Made by a program: the position numbers and the translations under genes. The notes below the pieces were generated by a model that made no database searches, was not told where the DNA came from, and saw only the letters and a program-made list of their open reading frames with translations. Below, in pieces: positions 1 to 11,900 of a stretch of DNA of 64,000 nucleotides (position 1 is its first letter; the number at the start of each line of letters is the position of its first letter). The DNA is from Phoronis australis (lineage: Eukaryota; Animalia; Phoronida): contig NMRA01000560.1 in NCBI GenBank assembly GCA_002633005.1, positions 124,001 to 188,000 of the forward strand, given 5' to 3'.

Positions 1-1295
1 ACCCTAAATTTAGTAATTTCAAAAGGGTAAAATACGTTTTTCCTACTTTAATTAAGATTCTGCGAAGAATTAAGCGTCCATTTAAAGGAAGGAAATCAAT
101 TTTTCACGAACCTTATTTTAGAAAGCTTTTAGTGATTCTTAAGAAAAATCTGCCCATGAAGTTAGACTTCTAACTTAATCGGGCATTAAACCCTTGATTT
201 GAACTTTTAGACTGAATTGTTAGTTTTGCGTTCGGGACGAAGGAGATGCTATGACGTCATTGTTCATGCCAATTGTTGTTTTTGTGTTGATGGTGCGACA
301 AAATATGTTTTCACAGTTAATGGGATATTTTTCTAATATCTTGAACACAGCGTGCATTTAAGCATTAAAAAGAGCTTGTTTCCGGAGGAGCGCTCTTATT
401 TTTATCGGTGATTTCCAATAAAAACACTCTATCGGGGCACTCTTTCGGACATTTCCGAAATTAATGCAGGTATAAATTAATATCTAAATCTAAGCTGTCA
501 TCAGATAAACCCAGACCATTTCACTAAAACCCTTTCAGCTAACTTTGGACACGAATTTATGGTAATGTCGTAGTGTATTTTTTCTATGCCGCAGAAGATT
601 AAAAATTGTTATGCATTAACTTATCTTATTAATGAAATCTGATCACCTTGGTATGTTTTTTTTCACGCCAATAAGTCTGCAGGTGATTGTCAAAACCTAC
701 AACCGGATTCGAGCATACTTAACCTTTTGGTAACTCTAAAGATCACACCTTACAGGTGTGTGTTGCTTGGGAATCTGCTCCGTTCACCAAAAATTTCCCA
801 GCAACCTTTGCGTATATCAAAATGGCGACGACCATCATGCTATTGGGAATCGGAAGTGTGAAGGAAGAGCAAAGCCAGTTAATCGTCTTCCCAAGTTAAT
901 AATTACGCATTTCTTCTGGTTTAAACACTTAATTCCGTAAGGTTTTCAACCATTAATCTTGTTTCTAGGTCAATATACAGTATTGTCAGTTGAAGCGAGA
1001 GTACATTTTGGGATACCCTGTATTTACTAAACCATCTTTATGATTGAAGTTCCTGTTTGATAATGTTCGGTCACTCTTAGTGATGTGCCTATAATCAAAA
1101 ATCAAAATCTGCATTCATTTTTCTAAACGGAAACTGCCGCGCCATCTTTGAAAACCTTTGTTTTGGTCCATATTTTTGGTGGAACCCACTGTTTTGTTTT
1201 GTTTTTATTACGGTGAGTCATTGTTTCTAACTACATGTAAGTGTGATGAAACCTAGGACCGAATGGAAAGATTTGATCGCCACCGCTAATTTAAT

Positions 1296-2904
1296 TTATT
1301 ATGCGCCCACATATTTATATGTGGACGCATTATGCCGTCATCTCCGTCCGTCCGTCCGGCGTCCGTCCGGCGTCCGTCCGGCGTCCGTCCGGCGTCCGTC
1401 CGGCGTCCGTCCGGCGTCCGTCCGCGTCCGTCCGGCGTCCGACGTCCGCTGCTCTGTCTCCAAACCGATTGACGTATGTTCATGAAATTTTGCACGTGTT
1501 CCTTTCATGGATGGGACGGCATGAGCGAATTTTCGGACGGATCCGACTACCGTTGTGCCCCCTAGTGGCAATTTTAATTTTTTACGTTTACCTCTGTATT
1601 TTCAAAGGTCCTCAACATATTTTCACAAAATTTGGTATTTAGGCATCTATTAGTGAGACGACGTTATCCTCCCGTTTTCGGATAGATTCGACGTAGTTTG
1701 CGCCAACTAGTGGTCATTTTTACTGTTTTCGTGCCTGTTTTTTGGCGTCCACCCCTCTATCAACCAAATCGCTTGAAGCATGATTGTGAAAATTGGCATG
1801 TTATGTTCTTACTATAAAGAGAACGGTTCACGATGATTTTCCGACGACTTCGACTACTGTGGCGCCTCCTAGTGGCAATTTTGTTTTTTTGCGTCTATCG
1901 CATTATCTCCTAAACCGTTTGCAGGATCTTTATTATATTTAGTAAGTGCATTTATATGATGATGACAACGGACAACAACAACTTTCGGACAAAGCTGACT
2001 ACTGGTGTGCCATCTAGTGGCAATTTTACTTTATTACGTTTACCTCTGTATCTTCAAAGGTCCTCAATGTATTTTCATAAAATTTGGTGGTGTATAGGCA
2101 TCTGTTAGTGAGGTGACGTTATCTTTCCGTTTTTAGATGGATTCGACCTAGCTTGCGAATTCTGGTGGCCATTTGTACTGTTTTTTAGTCTGTTTTTGGC
2201 GTTCATCCCTCTATCAACCAAACCGATTTCAGGATAATTGTGAAAATTGGTATGTATGTTTTTACTATGAAGTGGACCTGTGACAATGATTTTCTGTTGA
2301 CTTCGACTACTGTGGTGCCTTCTAGTGGCAGTTTCGTTTTTGCACCCATGGCTGTATCTCCTAAACTGTTCGTACGATCTTTACTAAATTTAAGAAGTGT
2401 GTTTGTATGATGTTGACAACGGACGATGATGATTTTCAGATGGATCGGACTACTGTTGTGCCCCCTGGTAGCAATTTTAATTTTACGTTTACCTCTGTAT
2501 CTTCAAAGGTCCTCAACGGATTTTCATAAAATTTTGAATACAGGCATCTGTATCTCCGAAACCCACTGCAGGATCTTTATTGAAATTAATTTGTAAGTGT
2601 TTTTATACGAAGCTAACAACTGACAATGTCGACTTCCAGGCCGATCCAATGAACAGTGTGCCCCCTAGTGCCAATTTCATTTTATTTTGTTTTCATTTGT
2701 TTCTCTGAAGTTCCATGATGGATTTCTATGAAATCTTGTGTATATCTTTCTATTTAAGAAGAAATGACATGTTCCTCTTTTTGGATGGATTGTATGTTTT
2801 GCGCCATCTAGTGGCCATTTTTATGACACAAATAAACAACCCCAAAAACACGCCATTTGCGATGCATTCGTGTGCGCATTTCAACGCTCCGCGTTGCTCT
2901 TGTT
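1296..2904 (+). mobile_element. Non-autonomous Helentron-type element (HINE / DINE-1-like) with internal tandem array
   Basis: T-rich 5' end, then a subterminal inverted pair atgcgcccaca (1301) / tgtggacgcat (1320-1330). A (GTCC/GGCGTCC)n microsatellite follows at ~1340-1448, then ~150-bp subunits marked by CTAGTGG. The 3' end has tgtgcgcat, the hairpin caacgc-tcc-gcgttg (2882-2896) and terminal ctcttgtt. This is the established HINE/DINE-1 architecture. Confidence 0.75.
1340..1448. repeat. (GTCC)n / CGTCCGGCGTC microsatellite inside the HINE
   Basis: Directly visible; it explains the low-complexity ORFs at 1243-1642. Confidence 0.95.
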
Positions 2905-3853
2905 CTGCAAGTTTGCATCGGTCGGAGACTTTACTTGTAGAAAAAGTGCTGTACCAACGTTGATAAGGTCGGAGGTTAATAAAAGTTCAAATGATCCTTG
3001 CCTTCTAAACAGACAAGAGGCGAAGTCTTCTTCACCCAAATCATTATAGTGGAGATGAGGATGTGATGATGTTTTTGCCATAAGTGCTCAGAGTCACATT
3101 ACAGGCACCAATTCGTGGCTTTATCTTTCTCGCAACTTTCTGATGATCACGTTAACTTTTTGACACAGTGACCCCGAAAGCATTCAGTAAAATTGTTGTT
3201 ACTAAACACTATAGCCAGTATTAAATTGCGGTTTGTTTTGTAAGCGTCAAAACATTTTGATGGTGTGACATTTTTGTATACTGTCCTCGTTGCTGCCATA
3301 AATTGACATTTTTACGTTTTTTGTTGAATTCTAACAAATTTAGAAGTCAATTTTCCTTGTTCAACCGTTATTGTTTCGCCAGACATCGAGCACTCGCGTA
3401 CTCGATATACAATAAACTGCAATGCTCAACGGATCTTATAAAATAATATCCCGCTTTCGATTACGTAGAGCATACCTCCGTTCCTTAATTCATATCCATG
3501 AAATTTGCATGTGGGCAATTCCATTTGTGACGGTCGTAGACTCAAGGGAAAAATTGTTTCAATCTTATGCTTCATTGGTATCTTTCAGTGGGTGCATCAG
3601 TTTTTGTCTTTCTCTTTGCTTGGCCGGAACAATTGCTTTAAAGAACGTACGCAGATAATTTGAATTTTGCAAAATCTTCTTTTCCACTTTGATTTTGTGT
3701 GAATTGTGAAAAGTTGCAGGTTTTTGTTTTGTACGATAATTTAGTAGAATGCTTGCGATGCATAACACACAACATTCTTTGCCAGACAACTTAATGTAAG
3801 TTGAATGAGTGCGACGACCGTACGTGACAGACGTACTCTCTGAATTTCTAGTA

Positions 3854-4154
3854 TAGTGCTCGACGCACAGATTCTCGCCAGGTCGCCAAATGCGGTTTCG
3901 CGATAATCCTAGGTTGTCAAAAGAAATCTGAAGTCGCCAAAATTGAAGTCGTAATCGTCGACCAAAAAGAAAACGAAGTTACCCACTCCGTTGTCAAAGA
4001 ACTATGCATACCTCTTCCAGTAAAATATATGCACCATTCAGTTTCACTCCAGTCAATCAAAAGCGCAGGTGATCGGCGAATTGGGATTTTCCCAGGTCGC
4101 GAAACACAATCTGAAGTCTCACTGGCGACCTGCAGGTCACGAAATCGAGCACTG
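3854..4154. mobile_element. ~300-bp MITE, TA-flanked (Tc1/mariner-like)
   Basis: ta|tagtgctcga ... tcgagcactg|ta, plus an internal inverted match tcgccaggtcgcca / ctggcgacctg. Confidence 0.55.
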
Positions 4155-6269
4155 TATCAAACCATTTGCTGTGGCCAAGATATCAAAGCAGAATGATTCA
4201 AACTTGAGCATTGGTCTTTTGCAACTAATTTAAAATTGAATAATTACAACGAAACCGTTTTTTTTTCTTTCTGTAAATCAAAATGCAACGATTTAGCTTT
4301 TGTGCGAAATCCTCACCTCAATTAAGCCTACGCTGGGTACTTGAATATCGATTTTCAATACTTTGAACAACATGCGATAACACTTACTTCTCTTTAAAGA
4401 TGGTAAAAACATGGTTGAGAACGAGAATGGTAATCAATGCATACGTCACACATGCAGGCATTCAGAAACAGTTTTACGTTTTCCGTTGGTAGAATACAAA
4501 GTCGAAGGTAGTAAGTAAATGCCACTACCCTAAGAAACGAAATGTGAAGCAGTGTCCAAATTTTACCAATCAATGTATTTTGAATGCCTATTAGTTTCAT
4601 TTTCGACTCGCCCTTAGCCTGTTCTTGACGTCTTGTCTAGGCCAAGTCGATAATGGTTTTGATGAATGATCACTTCAATCACACAGATGATGCCTTAGAA
4701 GTATTAGGACTCCATATTAATAAAGTGTCCATCAGACAATTGATTTACGTTGATAGTATCGACCTATTACATCCATGTTTTGGTAAGACATATGTGTTTA
4801 AGTGCGATGGCAAAGGCATTAGATTACCTTAAATTTAGGAATATGTGCAACTTCATGAAGTGCCTCGAGTGCTAAATAAAATTAAATTTAATTTTCTTAA
4901 ACGGGCACACAGATATGAATGGTATCATGGTTTTATGAGAAATAGTTTATCGTTTTTTCTTCATATCAGATCAGTTTCTGGTATTTAACTGTCACTAACT
5001 ACGTATTTAAATCAGTGGCCATTTTTATTTGTTAGAACATCAATATACATGTACACTTAATGACGGTCACCTAGATCAATATTTTGGTTTACCGACCCCG
5101 AAAATGTGATAATGGCCGAGGCGGTGCCAAGTTTGGGCTTTCGATCGTATGTCGATCACTCGTTTGGTTACACAGCCAGCCGTTTTTATGCAAAACGTTG
5201 CAGAGAGATTTTTAAGCAACTTTCAGGAGATACTGAAAATAGAAAAAGGAACAAAGATATCATGTTTTGAGATCATATGACGGTTGCTTTAATACAAAAC
5301 AATTGACAAACGCCACGTGGTTACGGAAGTATCGTCTCATCAAGCGCGGAAATGACATGAATTTAAAAGTCTTGTCCCTTGAATACACATTTTTTGTGGA
5401 ATAGTGTGAATTTGGAAATTTCGATGCATTGCTTTGACGAAGGTTTGCATTCAGTTTGTAGCTTATATTTTGCAGTTATGTAAAAACAATTGTAACATTA
5501 ACATCCAAATGAATTTAAAACGACATGAGTCTACCACTCTTAAACTTATTATCTTTGATATCTTTCAGACGGAACAAAACTATTTCGTTCCAAACACACA
5601 GTCAAAACAAGACTGTGAGACAGCAAGCAGTTACAACGGCTACTGCATGAATACTGAATATACGGCCCACTTGTTACCCACTTCTCTTATATTTGGGGTG
5701 TTTTTTTCCGCTACGCCCATTCCAGACGAAGGTTCCTTTATGAATTCCTAAAATTTGCGTTGGGCCGCCAGTGCCGACGACCACTGTTAAGTGTCTACAC
5801 CTTCAATCGCTAACGTTTTCAGAATCTTTTGTTTTAAAACAAAATCGTGATACGCACCATCACCATGAACTCAGTACGTAGACGGCGCAGTGTAGATAAA
5901 GCTGGTATTAATGGTCTCGATAATCATACACATGTTCCTTCGGTCTGCAGCGAAGTGTACACGTTTGGGTGAACGATCTAACACACACGTTGAACTGTTT
6001 TAATTACAGTGACCGGCAAGCAATACAAGAGTGTCGGACTGTAAACGAAATGTCTTCAAAATAAGCAATCGCAACTCGGTGCAGCGAATAACTCATCATG
6101 GCACGAAGGCTTACTAAGGTACCATCTAGTCCCTCGCCATGGGGAGAAGACTTCTTTCTTATTCTTAAAGGTGAGTTTTCTGGTTAATGGTGTATATTCT
6201 GAAGTAAAGAACTGTGATGTGTAGAGCCAAAAAAATGCAAGGATGTTTGCGCTTGAGATTGAAATGTTC

Positions 6270-7445
6270 ATCTATTTTCTGCGCCCGCATACATGGGCAT
6301 GGGTGCATATTATAGTTCAGCGTCCGCAGTTACATCATTTAAACCCTCGGAGGATGTTCGTTGAATTTGGAAGGTTTGATCCGGACATATCATGTAACCG
6401 ACAATTTGGGGATGGTTCCTGCATGCAATGGGCCTGCTAGTGGTAATCATAGCATTTTGTCCTAAGTTTTTGGCACCCAACTTTAAATCTGCCAAACAGT
6501 TTGAAGGATCATAATGATGAAATTCAAGGTACATGTTGCTGCTGGCAAAACCATAGAGACTGATGTAAACTTCCTGACGAATCCGAGTACTTTTAGGTCT
6601 CAGTTTTGTTTGATTATTTTTTGTGCCTGCTTCAAAATCTACTAAGTTGGGTGATAGACAGTCGTGAAATTTTTCGGATACGTTTCTAGTGGGAAGAGTG
6701 ATGTTGATTTTTGGACGGATCCGAATGTCGGTATGCCTCCTAGTGACATTAGTATTTTTTGCGCTTATCTCAATGTCTATCCAAGTACGGTTAACGACAG
6801 ACGTATTTCCGGTGAGGAAAATATGACTGGCAATGATTTTCGAATGAATCCGAATACTGCGATGTTCCATAGAAACACTATTATTTTTTACGCCTTGCTA
6901 ATAATCTACCAAGGAGCAAAATCCGCTTTTTCTCTCGCTACATGTTAAATACTTCGTATTTGAAGTTAACTGAGAAAGAAAATCTGGTGTTTTGATAAAC
7001 ATGTGTGTACTATTACAAAAACTTTTGTTGTACATAAGGTTTGATATATCCTAAAGGATCATCTTTTAATTTGATGTGCTCCAGTTAACGAAGGCACGGC
7101 TTACGTTTACTGTCGGACGGATACGACTGTTGCTCTGCCCTTGTGGCAATTTCACCTCGTGCGTCTGCCCACGTGTCCATTTTCGCACGGCTCCGGTATG
7201 TTCTGTGCTCCCTAGTGGCATCAATTCTAATGTTGTGGTGTCCATTTTTAGCAATCGCCTTTCTGATAAATGAAGCGGCTTGAAGAACTGCTGCGACATT
7301 GACGTTGATTTTTGAACAATTTCGACCATAGTTACGACCCCTTTTGGCAGTTTCAAGTTTTGCCTTAATGTTTTTTTACAGTAGTTTGGTGTGACTTTTG
7401 TACCCGCATATATTTCTTTACCAGCACGCAAGCTCGCTATTCAAT
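6270..7445 (+). mobile_element. Degraded HINE-family copy
   Basis: Starts tattttctgcgcccgcatac...gggtgcata, like the 1296 element. Carries repeated CTAGTG(G) motifs and ttttcggacggat-type motifs shared with it. Confidence 0.5.
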
Positions 7446-8893
7446 AATTGTTAAGGTCCTCCATTCAATTGGTATGACATAGAGTTTAGGCGGACGTTGA
7501 GTCCTTTACACCGGCAGTCTGAGGTCGCGTTCTTTCACCCGATATTTGCAAAATCAGACGCTGTATGAAACCGGTTAGCCAGCCAGTACAGCAAGCTTTA
7601 TACTGGGAGCGAGTTTCCTTATTCGGACAGTGCCGTACAGAACACTAAATTAGATGTTTTAGGTTTGAAATCACATTTCAAATTTCCCATTCGATTTGGA
7701 TCAATACCAAATACATCACTTGAAAGCACTTGCGGTCGTCAGTCCTAGCATTCAACAAGCTCGACCTAAATTTTGATTTGAAGTGATTTCAGCCAGACTT
7801 GAAAAAGAGGGTGCTAAACTAAAAACGGCGAATTCACGGCGCCTTTCTCCTTTCGTTTACTGAAAAAGAAACGTTTTTATCGTTTTAGGTAGGAGAATGT
7901 ACCAACACTTCAGTCATAGACATTATTTAACGATACAATACGAATTGTACCTTCGAATTTGTTTTTGACCTGTTTTTGTGAGCTTAAACTTTTAGTTTCC
8001 GGTATCCAAAGAAATTTACTAATTATGAAAACGTCTGAAGTAATGCAATCTACGGCTACGGAAACTTTAATAATCATAAACTGTCTATATTTTTATTGTC
8101 ATAGATATTTGTTTTTTCTTGGCTAAATTCGAAGTTATTTACCTAATCATAAAAGGAATTGCACGTTAATTGCATTGAAACTGACGGGGTGACCCAGTCG
8201 GAACCGGTAGTGCTGTTTTGAGATCAAACAATCAACATTTTTTAAAGAGCATTGTGTAAATAGTGCATAATTTTACAATAGGGATAAACACCACAACAAC
8301 ACAGTTTCGTTTCTCGTCCGTTATTCCGCCCATATTTTTAACAATGATATCTGTTCGCAGTTTTGTACCCAAATAATGAAACTTACTTCGAATTGACTGA
8401 CAATGTCTGGAGGTAGTATCTCTCGTAGTGTATCACTATATTTAAATGTGAACTAAAAGGTAAAACGTTTAGTCTCTCATTGACATGCGCAGTTTGAAAT
8501 TCAAATCGTTCCTCGTTCGCTTAGTGACTTCTTTCGGCCGCTTCACAAAATGTCTTTCCGTTTTTACTTCTCATATTTATTGTTTTACGTTATCGAAGCT
8601 CGTTCAGATTATTCGAAAAGTTAAGATAATAATTTAGGTCAACAGTATATTTTGACTGTTGGGCGTTCGTCCAGTTTTACATACTTTGACATGGCAAATA
8701 TTTGCCGAGCAAATGTGCTGTGAAACTATGCACCACTATGTAGTCATGTGCACTTACAACTGGCGGGATTGCACGCCTGGCTGATGGCGGCCTTGACCAT
8801 ACACTATTTAGAGTCGTTCTCGGGCAGTGTTTCAAACAGTGCTGCGGCGGCATTGTAGTAGTCAACATCGTCGTTGCTCTACACTGGTGAACA

Positions 8894-8948
8894 ATGGGTG
8901 ATACGGAGGAGCCTTGCCTCATAACTGAGAGAGTCGGATATTTGAAGG
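8894..8948 (+). CDS. TRPC: TRPC putative exon 1 ([18 protein letters not shown])
   Basis: ATG to G|GTGAG donor, phase 1, compatible with the next exon. No homology support. Confidence 0.4.
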
Positions 8949-11900
8949 GTGAGGATATTCAATCACACTGTCCATAGGGGGAATATGAAGGAGTGTTGAT
9001 TTTGAACTTTCATTCACTTCGAAATCTTTTCGCTCTAGAAAACAATGCAGTTGTTTTATTACCATGGACGAAATTTTCGTTGGCAACGTTGAGACTGCGA
9101 TCACTGCTTCAGTTTGTTATAAATCACTATCTGATAGAATTGACCATTAGATTTGCTAGATTGTATTTTGTATTGCAGCTGTATCAAAGTGTTTTTGCAT
9201 GCGCATGCCTACACGGTACAAGAGTATATCTAATGCTTCGCGTTTATTTATGTACATTTAAGCGAATTTTCACTAGACAATGTCACAATGTTCTGTTAGT
9301 TCACTCAAAATGCACACGTGTTCGTAACCGTAAAGACAGACTGTGATGTTCACACTTACAGACTTTGTGTTAAAAAATCTCGTTTGTAGAAAAGGCCAAA
9401 TCACAAGTGCCTCGCGTAGGAAGTTCTGGCGAAAAATTCAAGGGTATATTTGATTCTGCCAAAAGCCTGCGGAGACGAGTTGGTAAGGTAGGTATAACCT
9501 GCTTTTTCGACATATAAACATGGCCACACGTTACACATATCAAAACCGTAAACGCTGCAAACTGTCCTTAGTATTTATTTGAGTTGTCCTTCAGAATTAA
9601 TATCTTCATCACCTCAAGCCATGTTCGTTACACCTTCATTAACTGATTGCTACTTTGAGTGCAATGGGATTTCGACCAAAAAGAGGTAATGGTTCTCGTA
9701 CCGTTCAGACCTGTATGAAAATATGCGCAATTCGCGAAGAATAGTATTTGTTCTAGCATTCTTGATCTTGTAGTTTTCTGCAATGGACGAGGAGTTCTTC
9801 TATGCAGTCGAGTTCGGCGATACTCCTACAGTGGAGCGGTTTCTGGATGAGAACCCCAACTTTGATGTGAGTCGACAGGACCTGTTGGGTCGCACACCTC
9901 TCAGATTGGCTGTCGCCAATGAGCACTTGGAGGTAAGTGGAGGTTCCGTGTTTAGTAAAGATACGCCATGTGGTGTAGAGTTTCTGCCTCATTTTTCTGA
10001 CACCCTTCTTATCTTGTACCATGAACCTTTGTCGAGTTTTATTGCATGTGTTACACAAGATATTATCCATGAAATTGAGCGCTGAGTACTAATTTCCTAA
10101 TTGTAGACATTAACTGAATGAGCCTATTTTAAGCGATAAGTATGGAGCTCATCATCTCAGAAACAATTATGTTAACAGCAAAATACCTTTCCAGTGAAAT
10201 CGATCACCATAAAACAAAAGGTCTGCAACAATGAATATGACGTCATCAGGACTGAGTAGAGGCATACAGTGCACGCAGCCTGTTTGTGCTTTTCTTGGCT
10301 TTGCCGATTGGCTAAAGACAAACACAGTAAAACGTATTATCCGGTTGAGCTTCTACATCGGTTTTAACTAATTTTGCACTAGGTTGTTATTAATAGTAAA
10401 TGTACTGCACTCTGCTGTAAGCAATTTAATCGTTTAAACAGGAGGCACACACGATTTCAGTTTTACGCTCGTCTTTGTGCTGAACGCGTCTTCAAAAAGC
10501 CTCGTTTCTATTCGCCGTGTTTTCATGTAATTTCGCGCAGAAGTACACGTGCATCACTTCCGCAAAATCTCCTTACATGTACGCCTTGCCGACATCTTTG
10601 TTTGATTACGATGGGAGAGCTGAAAATCAATACAAATAAATTGTGTTTTGTTGATACCCATTTGAGTACATGTATTTTTCGCAAAGGACATAAGCCGCGT
10701 GCATGTCCGCCAGCTAGACCAAGTATTTTTAATTTAATTGAGAACATGTTGTGATAAATCCCACAATTCCCGATTAGTTTTGCACCAACCTTTCTCAAGT
10801 TCCTCAAACTTCGTCCAACGAATCAAAATTAGAGGCAATCCTCCGGATAGTTACTGTACATTCGTGGTGAAATTCAAGTGCACAAGTATCCCATAACTCG
10901 ATACCTAAGAAACTGCTCTGCTCTGCCTATGACGTACTTGTTCTGAATGCACACATAAATGCGTTCTGCAATAAATCATCACGAACATACTCCAAAATTC
11001 TACCAAAAATGTCAATGCACAGGTTTCCCATGAGTCGTTGACTCTGTTACACTGAGTTGTGATTTTCTGATTGCTAGCTAATCCTGTTGTGGTATTTTTG
11101 CATGTTTTGGAATTCTCTGTGCATTGTACCTGTAGCCACCCTTGCATCTAATCTCTGAATAAAGCTCGATGATGGAGGACGTTTTACCGCCGAAACATGT
11201 CGCTACATTTTAGAAAAGTTGTTTTCTTTATTCGAATAATCAATAATCCAATTGTAGTAATATTAAAAAATCAAAACACATTAGTCTAGGTTACAACATA
11301 TAACTGGGTTTTCTCCTGGTGTCAGTTTTGAGTTCACTGCAGGAGTCAACCCGAAGGTTGAAACGAGTGAGAAGGAGTCATTATCTTTTCTACACAGACA
11401 AGTATAAAGACGTAGTTAAGCGACCAAGACTATTGGAATAGTCGTTTTAATCCGGTCTAATCGTGTTTGTTCACCAAGATGAACTCAATGGAAATGGTTA
11501 ATATTTCAATTTTCGCAAGAGCTCTAGCGCCTCTCTACGTTCCTCCGGAAGAGGCTATGACGCAGTTACTTTTGCTAACTGAACGCCTTTGATCTGCATG
11601 TAAAGACAGACATGCTTTTTAAAGAGGCAATTCACTCACATGTTCAGGATGAGATTTTCGGGGAACTATTTTACACCATGATTATTCATATACTATTCAA
11701 TCCTGCGGTTAGGGGGAATAAGACCACCGCACCCCAGACGGATCTTTTATCAGATAATAATGGCATGACAACAATTTTGCAATAATGACAATTCCAGTGT
11801 TTGCGCAGTGCGTATGAATGTAAATTTATTTTGAAATTAGTATTGTAATGGTAAAAACATTCACGTGTCGATTATGAGGTAGAGCTTTCTCGAAAAACGC

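Noticed and set aside
1243-1642. Overlapping Arg/Pro/Ser-rich ORFs on both strands
   Set aside because: They are translations of the GTCC microsatellite in the HINE.
5715-5765. Possible hammerhead (cagacgaagg...cctaaa)
   Set aside because: Both catalytic core segments deviate; too degenerate to support.
6310-6870. 186-aa minus-strand ORF
   Set aside because: It lies within a degraded HINE copy and has no recognisable motif.
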